Below are positions 25,682-32,000 of a stretch of 32,000 nucleotides of DNA, piece by piece; position 1 is the stretch's first letter, and every line of letters begins with the position of its first letter. Source of the stretch: an archaeon (lineage in GTDB: Archaea > Iainarchaeota > Iainarchaeia > Iainarchaeales > 1-14-0-10-31-34); contig JAJRVL010000004.1 in the NCBI GenBank assembly GCA_024277355.1, positions 120,001 to 152,000 on the forward strand, in the 5' to 3' direction. A program made the position numbers and the translations under genes. The notes below the pieces were generated by a model that had not been told where the DNA came from, searched no databases, and was given only the letters and a program-made list of their open reading frames with translations.

Positions 25682-28600
25682 TTTGTTGTGTATGCATATG
25701 TGTTATTTCCGCTGGAATCAATCCAATAACCTGCTCCTGGATCCAAATTGGCATAGTAGTCAAACTCTGACCACAAACTAGTGTTTGGATCGCCATCAGT
25801 GTTATATAGTTCCCAATAAGACACTAATGAAGTCCAGCCTTTGTCAAGATATGAATCTCCTAAAGAATACAAAGCACATCCTGCTTCTTTTCCATTTCCT
25901 TCTGGACCATTATATCCTTCCTGGCCTTCTAATCCATAATATCCAATTAAGTTCCATCCGTCTTTTAGATCTCTACTTGGAGGAGTTACTGCTGGACTAA
26001 ACAAGCTTCCACCTAACAACAAAGTATCTGCTTCATAAGCTCTAATCCAATAACCCCATCCTGGAGTAATTGAATCTAAATTGCTTAATTCAGGTTGACC
26101 TGGATGATAGACATACCATGAATCAGTAAAAGCATCATAAGTCCAAACTGATTCAACGTTATCCATTACATCACTGAATACATCTTCTATGTCGTCATTG
26201 ATTAAAACAAACGGAACTGAAACTAAATTCCATTTTTTGTTTAATTCAATTTCAAAGGTTGTTCCTTCAACTTTGAATTTTTCGTCATCTATTGTTCCAA
26301 TGTTTCCTAATGCGTCTTCACAATAATACTTTAAGTTGTGTTCTGTTTCTTCAGTGAAATAGAACTGCAGTTCTTTTTGATTTATATGACACCATCCATC
26401 ATCAGTCATTGTTCCTTCATATGTTTCACAATAATTTTCTGTAGTGTCATCTGCATCTAATTCAACTTTAAAGTAAATTGTTTCATGGTCAACTGGATGA
26501 GGGTCAAGGTCATTACATGCCATTGTAATTGGAGTAAGTAAAGTTACTTTCCAGCATTCCATTTCATTTCCTTGTCCATTCCAGCAAAGTTCTCCTATTT
26601 CAGGATAATAAGCTGAATCCATTCCATTCCATGGGTCGCTTGGTTCTCCAACTGTTTTAACTGTTTCAGGTGCAGTTTCGTCAACAAAGACACATTGTTT
26701 GTGTACAGAAAACTTGTCTACATTGTCTGTTGCTTTGATTTCAATTAAATGACAAGATTCTTCTCCTGCATAAAATCCTTCTTCAGAATATTCAGTCCAG
26801 TTTCCTGTTCCTTCTATTCCTTGGCATAATTCTATGTCTCTGCAGTTTTCTTCTTCAACCAAAGAAACTTTGTATTCAATTAAAGCTAATCCTGATGGAT
26901 GTGGTTCTGGATCATATGCTTCTGCATAAATTGGAGTTTGAGTTGTAATCCATTCTAATCCTTCTTCAGTGAAATAAGGGTCACCAAACCCTTTTTTTAT
27001 TACTGGAGGTGTTTTGTCTACAACAAATTCTGAATAATCACTGCTTGTATTTCCTAGTGCATCCCAGCAGGTAATTTCTAATTGGTGTCTTGATTCTTCT
27101 GGGAAGTTAATAACAAATGGCGGAGTTATTCCTGTTTCTCCTCCGCTTGCATTACCATCAAGCAAGGCATAAGACCAATCACATATAACTGAATCTACTG
27201 GGTGAGGTGTTGGATCAACTGCATCAACATGGATTTCTGTTACTCCATCAATAATACATTCATCGCCTTCTTCTATTGCTGGGCAAGTTCCAATTTGTGG
27301 TCCTTCAACTGTTTTGGTTATTACTGGTGGAACTGTTTCAACTGTAAAGTATTCTAAGTCTATTTCATTTGCATTTCCTAATCCGTCTGTACAATAATAT
27401 TCAAGGTTATGATAAGAGTCTTCCTGGAAATTAAATTCCATTGCGCCTCTTTCTGTACAGCACCAGCCGTCTTGATTTGGTTCACAGTAATTTCCTGTTA
27501 TGTCTTCATAGCCATTATCTTCTAATGAAACTTTATAACATAAAGTTTCTCTTTCAACTGGGTGAGGATATGCATCTTCGCAAGACAAAAAGAAAGGTGT
27601 GTCAGTTGTAACAAATTCTTCTGTGTCTTCACATTGAGGTGCTGGAGCTTGTCCGCCTAAACCACAAGTTCCTGATTCAATTGCATAAGCTCTTGCACTT
27701 CCATCATATGCATCCCTAATCCACATTACTTCTGTTGGGAAATAAGTTTGTGGATCGCATTCCATGTCTTCAATTCTATAATTAGTGTTAACAAAAGTGT
27801 CAAGAATTGTTAGATCATTTCTGTGAACTCTTAAAGTTGTTTCAAATCCATTTGTTCCAAGATAAAAGTTTTCTCCGCCAATTGCTATTCCGCTATTTTG
27901 TACTAAATCTGGATGGATTGCTGAAAGGTCAACTGTTCCAAGGAATGTTCCGTCTGAAGCCATGTGAACCATTATTGATTGTACGTCATCACTATACCAA
28001 ATGCTGTCATCAGTTGCATCAAATGCAATTCCATCGTCCAAACAATAAGAAACATATTGTGATGGAACTGAAAATTGATATGTTGCAGCTCCTGTTACTG
28101 GATCAATTAAGTAAACTGGTCCTCCTCCTGACTGGTCACAGCCATAAGTTCCAGTCCAAAGCATACCTCTAGTCGCATCAAAAGATAATGCTCCTAAACC
28201 TGATTCAGCAATTCCTGTTGTTGGAATAACTTCATGACCTGAACCATCTGGTCTTATTTTGTATAAATTTGTACTGTCAATATAAGTGTAGTACAAGAAT
28301 TCTCCGTCAAAAGCTACTCCTACTCCTGTTCCGCTTCCTTCAGGGAAATTCATTGTAAATACTTCATCTCCAACTGCATAAAGAGAATCTACTGGAGGAG
28401 CTTGGTCTCCTTGTACTTCAACATTACAATCTTGTCCTAATTTTATTACATAAGGTTCTCCGATTTCTTTTGTTCCTTGTGGAGGAGTATTGTCAACAAA
28501 AGGACACTGCCATTGTAATAGTTCTTCGTTTCCTAGTTTGTCTATTGAATAAAATTCAATTACATGACATGATTCTTCTGCTTTAAAGAATTCTGTGAAA

Positions 28601-30726
28601 TTTCCTGGAACAATATTCCAAGGTGACTCAAAATTATCTACCCATTGAGAATAGTAATCTGGAGTACAGAAATCAGCTGGATTATAACACGCATCCCATC
28701 CTTCTTCAGCTGAAATAACCATGTTTCTCCAGTAAATTTCTTCTACTCCTACTTTTTCGTCAACTGAATTCAACCAAACTGGAGTTAAAGAAGTAATCCA
28801 TTCTTCTGGACCTGAACCATAAACATATGGTTCACCGTAAGTTTTTGTTGTAACTGGTGGATTGCCGTCAACCAAAAAAGTTTCAACATCAGTAGCAGTA
28901 TTTCCTAATGCATCCCAGCATTCAATAGTTAATTCATGAGTTGAATCTTCTTCGAAAATTATTGTCCAGTCATTTGTTTTAGGATAATTCCATCCATAGA
29001 ATTCTCCTTCATAGTCATAACCCCATTTGCATGAAACATTATTCACTGCATGAATGCTTTGAACATCATTTACACTAACCTGAATTTCTGTTTCAAATGG
29101 AAGTATATAACAGTCATCTCCTTGTCCTGGAGGACAAATACCTTTGTAGTCTCCATTCATTGTTTTTGTAATTATTGGAGGTTCATTGTCAACTTTATCT
29201 ATTTCAAAAAAGTGTTCTGATTCTTTTCCTACTGCATCAGTACACCAGTATTCTAATTCATGCATTGACTGTTCAGGGAAAAAAATTGTTGTTTCTTCGG
29301 TTTGCTGTGAAAATCCCATCCAGTCTCCAAAATCTAAACCTTCATTAACTCTATATCTCCAAGATAATACAACGTCTCCTGAAGGGTGAGGTAATTGGTC
29401 TTCACAAGTTAAAGTAATTGGAGTTTCAGAAGTAATATAATAATCACAGTTATCTCCATCTTCGCATACATATTGAGGATCTCCTACAGTTTTATCAACT
29501 AAAGGAGGAGTTTTGTCAACAAAAAAACAATTTGTTTTAACGTCTTCAATGTTTCCTATTTTGTCAACTGAATAATATTCTAATACATGACATGCTTCTT
29601 CAATGCCTGCTAAAGGAGCAGTATATTCAGTCCATCCGTCTCCTGAAGCATTAGGAATTCCAGTTTGCCATCCTTCACAAGAATTCAAACAATAAGAATC
29701 ATCTACAGGACCAGAAAGATTGAAATAAGTTTTAACTTCTCCAATATTACAACCGTGTTCTGTTGGATCAGGGTCACTTGATTCAATTACAACAGTTGAA
29801 ATTCCATCAATCCATTCAACTCCGTTTTCTATTTTCAGTGGACCAGTAAAATGTTTATTTGAGTCAGGAGGAGTTGAATCAACTTTGTCTGTTTCAGTTA
29901 TTGTTGTTTTGTTTCCTGCAATATCAGTGCATTCTATTTCAATTAAATGCTCTGAATCTTCTGCAAAAGAAAAATCAAAATAAATGTCTCCGTCATTTGT
30001 ATAAGGTGCCCATTGACTGAAGTTTCCGCCGTCAAGTGAATATCTCCACTGGCATTGTTCTAATCCTAAATTACATTCATCATCTTTTATGGAATCAGAA
30101 CCAAAAACATCAATTACTGTGTCTTGGGTAATCCAGTAATCACATATTTCTGTTGCAGGATTACATTGATCATCAATTAAAATTTTTGGATCATTAACTG
30201 TTTTTTCAACAACAGGAGGACTGCAGTCAATTCTTACTTCAGGTTGTTTATATTCATGTTCTCCTACTGGTTGAGCATTATCTAAAGTTGAAATCAAAAA
30301 AGAACTTGCACAAGAACTAGGTTCCATTGCTGCAGTAAAATTAAAATCTTGGCTTGTTCCAGGAAGTATTCTGTTTCCGCCGGTTATTTGCTGAGTTTTA
30401 TATTCACAATAACCATAAATAGCAGTAAAATCAAATAGCTCCCAGCCTGCCGGAGCAGAACCGCATGAAAAATCTAAGTTTCCTACAGTTCCCTGATAAA
30501 TTCTTACTTCAAAAATATCATCAATACTTAAAGCATCGTTTGCAATTGTAACAACAAATTCATTTCCTGAGTCACTACAATTAGCTATGTCTGGACTTAA
30601 ACTTACTGTTGTATCATGCACAGCAAAAACAAGACTTGAAAACAAAATTAGTGATAAAAATAAAAGTGAAACTTTTCCCCCAAAAGAATTAATAAAAGAT
30701 TTTTTATGGTAAGATAACCAAGACAT
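25663..30726 (-). CDS. Giant Cys-rich secreted surface protein with repeated Ig-like/CARDB-like domains and an embedded beta-propeller-like segment
   Basis: 1687 aa; signal peptide; about nine repeats headed by [TEVNA]PP..[TEK]K..G.P; W-N-L-V-S-V-P / W-N-L-I-G-Y C-terminal segment. Confidence 0.9.
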   Translation of the reverse strand: MSWLSYHKKSFINSFGGKVSLLFLSLILFSSLVFAVHDTTVSLSPDIANCSDSGNEFVVTIANDALSIDDIFEVRIYQGTVGNLDFSCGSAPAGWELFDFTAIYGYCEYKTQQITGGNRILPGTSQDFNFTAAMEPSSCASSFLISTLDNAQPVGEHEYKQPEVRIDCSPPVVEKTVNDPKILIDDQCNPATEICDYWITQDTVIDVFGSDSIKDDECNLGLEQCQWRYSLDGGNFSQWAPYTNDGDIYFDFSFAEDSEHLIEIECTDIAGNKTTITETDKVDSTPPDSNKHFTGPLKIENGVEWIDGISTVVIESSDPDPTEHGCNIGEVKTYFNLSGPVDDSYCLNSCEGWQTGIPNASGDGWTEYTAPLAGIEEACHVLEYYSVDKIGNIEDVKTNCFFVDKTPPLVDKTVGDPQYVCEDGDNCDYYITSETPITLTCEDQLPHPSGDVVLSWRYRVNEGLDFGDWMGFSQQTEETTIFFPEQSMHELEYWCTDAVGKESEHFFEIDKVDNEPPIITKTMNGDYKGICPPGQGDDCYILPFETEIQVSVNDVQSIHAVNNVSCKWGYDYEGEFYGWNYPKTNDWTIIFEEDSTHELTIECWDALGNTATDVETFLVDGNPPVTTKTYGEPYVYGSGPEEWITSLTPVWLNSVDEKVGVEEIYWRNMVISAEEGWDACYNPADFCTPDYYSQWVDNFESPWNIVPGNFTEFFKAEESCHVIEFYSIDKLGNEELLQWQCPFVDNTPPQGTKEIGEPYVIKLGQDCNVEVQGDQAPPVDSLYAVGDEVFTMNFPEGSGTGVGVAFDGEFLYYTYIDSTNLYKIRPDGSGHEVIPTTGIAESGLGALSFDATRGMLWTGTYGCDQSGGGPVYLIDPVTGAATYQFSVPSQYVSYCLDDGIAFDATDDSIWYSDDVQSIMVHMASDGTFLGTVDLSAIHPDLVQNSGIAIGGENFYLGTNGFETTLRVHRNDLTILDTFVNTNYRIEDMECDPQTYFPTEVMWIRDAYDGSARAYAIESGTCGLGGQAPAPQCEDTEEFVTTDTPFFLSCEDAYPHPVERETLCYKVSLEDNGYEDITGNYCEPNQDGWCCTERGAMEFNFQEDSYHNLEYYCTDGLGNANEIDLEYFTVETVPPVITKTVEGPQIGTCPAIEEGDECIIDGVTEIHVDAVDPTPHPVDSVICDWSYALLDGNASGGETGITPPFVINFPEESRHQLEITCWDALGNTSSDYSEFVVDKTPPVIKKGFGDPYFTEEGLEWITTQTPIYAEAYDPEPHPSGLALIEYKVSLVEEENCRDIELCQGIEGTGNWTEYSEEGFYAGEESCHLIEIKATDNVDKFSVHKQCVFVDETAPETVKTVGEPSDPWNGMDSAYYPEIGELCWNGQGNEMECWKVTLLTPITMACNDLDPHPVDHETIYFKVELDADDTTENYCETYEGTMTDDGWCHINQKELQFYFTEETEHNLKYYCEDALGNIGTIDDEKFKVEGTTFEIELNKKWNLVSVPFVLINDDIEDVFSDVMDNVESVWTYDAFTDSWYVYHPGQPELSNLDSITPGWGYWIRAYEADTLLLGGSLFSPAVTPPSRDLKDGWNLIGYYGLEGQEGYNGPEGNGKEAGCALYSLGDSYLDKGWTSLVSYWELYNTDGDPNTSLWSEFDYYANLDPGAGYWIDSSGNNTYAYTTNCGFFD

Positions 30727-30917
30727 AAATATAGACCCCCCTATATAGAAAAAAATTATTTTTCTATAATTATTAAACGCCTTATCTTTAAATACTTTAA
30801 GTTTTAGTCAAAAAATTATGTTTAAGTTAAAGGTTTGTTGCTACTTAACAGTTTATAAATTTTTTTTATCTGAATTACATCATATTACATTAGAGGATTT
30901 ATCAGAGAGTTGAAGTT

Positions 30918-31226
30918 ATGCCTTTTAAAAATGAAAAAAATTTAAATTCTTTAAATAATTACAATAAAACTATTGATAAAAATATTTTTCTTAAACTTTC
31001 TCCTTTGCAGCAAAAAATTGTTAACGAATTATCTTTTGGCCCTTTAACTTTAACTCAATTAAGTGAAAAAACTGAGTCAAGCATTTATACAATTGGAAAA
31101 CAATTATCAATGCTTCAAGGGAGAACAAAATGCAACTGCTTAAAAAATAAAGGAATTAATTGTCCTTTAATAAAAAAAAATAAAGATGAAAAAATAAAAA
31201 CAACTTACTGCCTTTGTTTTGAATAA
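30918..31226 (+). CDS. Winged-helix DNA-binding protein with Cys-rich C-terminus
   Basis: LSPLQQKIVNELSFGPLTLTQLSEKTESSIYTIGKQLSML (wHTH); CNC-x7-C-x15-CLC. Confidence 0.7.
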   Translation: MPFKNEKNLNSLNNYNKTIDKNIFLKLSPLQQKIVNELSFGPLTLTQLSEKTESSIYTIGKQLSMLQGRTKCNCLKNKGINCPLIKKNKDEKIKTTYCLCFE

Positions 31227-31298
31227 AAAAAATCTTAGTTTAGTCTGCTAAATAACGTTCCAGAACTTCTTTTAATTGTTTTATTTTAAAATTAATTA

Positions 31299-32000
31299 AT
31301 GAATCATTTAACTGAACTTGAAAGTCAGAGCATTTATATTATTAGAGAAGCCTACAAAAAATTCAATAACCCTGCAATACTCTGGAGTATGGGAAAAGAT
31401 TCAACTACTTTACTTTGGCTTTGTAAAAAAGCTTTTTTTGGAAAAATTCCTTTTCCAGTAGTTCATATTGATACTTCATTTAAGTTTAAAGAAATTTATG
31501 ATTTCAGAGACAAGTATGCAAAAGAATGGAATCTTAATTTAATTATAGAAAAAAATAAGAAAGCATTAAAGGAAGGAATTAATCCTAATAAAGGAGTATT
31601 TGAATGCTGTAATAAACTTAAAACACAGGCATTTAAGGAAGTGATAAACAAACATAAATTTAATGCAGTTTTTCTTGGAATTAGAAGAGATGAACATGGA
31701 ATAAGAGGAAAAGAAAGAATTTTTTCTTTAAGAGGGAAAGACTTTAAATGGAATTATTCTGATCAGGATGCTGAAGTATGGGATTTATATTCTGATGAAA
31801 CCGGAAAAAAACAGCATATGCGAGTTCATCCATTGCTTAACTGGACTGAACAAGATATCTGGAAATACATTCAGAAAGAAAACATTCCAATAGTAAAACT
31901 TTATTTTTCTGATTACAGAGAAAAAGGAAAAAGATTCAGAAGCATTGGATGTGAAAGATGCTGTAATCCAATGAAAAGCAATGCTGATTCAATTAAAAAA
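31299..32000 (+). CDS. PAPS reductase / ATP sulfurylase small-subunit (CysD/CysH) family protein, 3'-truncated
   Basis: Translated by hand from ATG 31299: AILWSMGKDSTTLLWL, FPVVHIDTSFKFKE, LGIRRDEHGIRGKERIFSLR, VHPLLNWTEQDIWKYI, RFRSIGCERCCNPMKSNADS; ORF runs off the window. Confidence 0.88.
   Translation, partial: MNHLTELESQSIYIIREAYKKFNNPAILWSMGKDSTTLLWLCKKAFFGKIPFPVVHIDTSFKFKEIYDFRDKYAKEWNLNLIIEKNKKALKEGINPNKGVFECCNKLKTQAFKEVINKHKFNAVFLGIRRDEHGIRGKERIFSLRGKDFKWNYSDQDAEVWDLYSDETGKKQHMRVHPLLNWTEQDIWKYIQKENIPIVKLYFSDYREKGKRFRSIGCERCCNPMKSNADSIKK

Noticed and set aside
27807-28172. 121-aa plus ORF and other plus ORFs under the giant gene (25785..26000, 29186..29389)
   Set aside because: Antisense to a long, clearly coding repeat protein.

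Overview
AT-rich archaeal window, most likely DPANN. Support: crenarchaeal-type OB-fold SSB, thermosome, GGAGG/GGGGG Shine-Dalgarno sites, TATA-like boxes, intron-less tRNA-Ile(UAU), many small lineage-specific proteins. Recognisable content: an envelope-protein operon (1-4614), nitroreductase, two paralogous basic proteins, ileS with a tRNA-Ile(UAU) gene directly upstream, SSB-like OB-fold protein with an acidic tail, TM-helix membrane protein, dephospho-CoA-kinase-like kinase, thermosome subunit, a tight five-gene metabolic operon (malic enzyme, class I fumarase alpha/beta, MtnA-like isomerase, class II aldolase fused to a kinase-like domain), HAD hydrolase, PPC/DUF296 protein, two large secreted surface proteins, a Cys-rich HTH protein and a CysD/CysH-family protein. 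Most interesting signals: (1) a three-gene cassette, P-loop-less KaiC/RecA-like protein plus two small membrane proteins, present twice; (2) a canonical dual-guide C/D box sRNA at 23669-23725 (-), with one guide that can pair to the universal 16S CCGCCCGUC segment; (3) tRNA-Ile(UAU) followed by four hairpins and ileS, with a near-identical palindrome on both sides of ileS; (4) a GC-rich four-hairpin RNA candidate with UUCG loops at 10569-10654; (5) two duplications of gene 3' ends; (6) a divergent histone-fold candidate; (7) the aldolase-kinase fusion next to MtnA. No CRISPR array or clear transposon was seen. All assignments come from reading the sequence; no database search was run.
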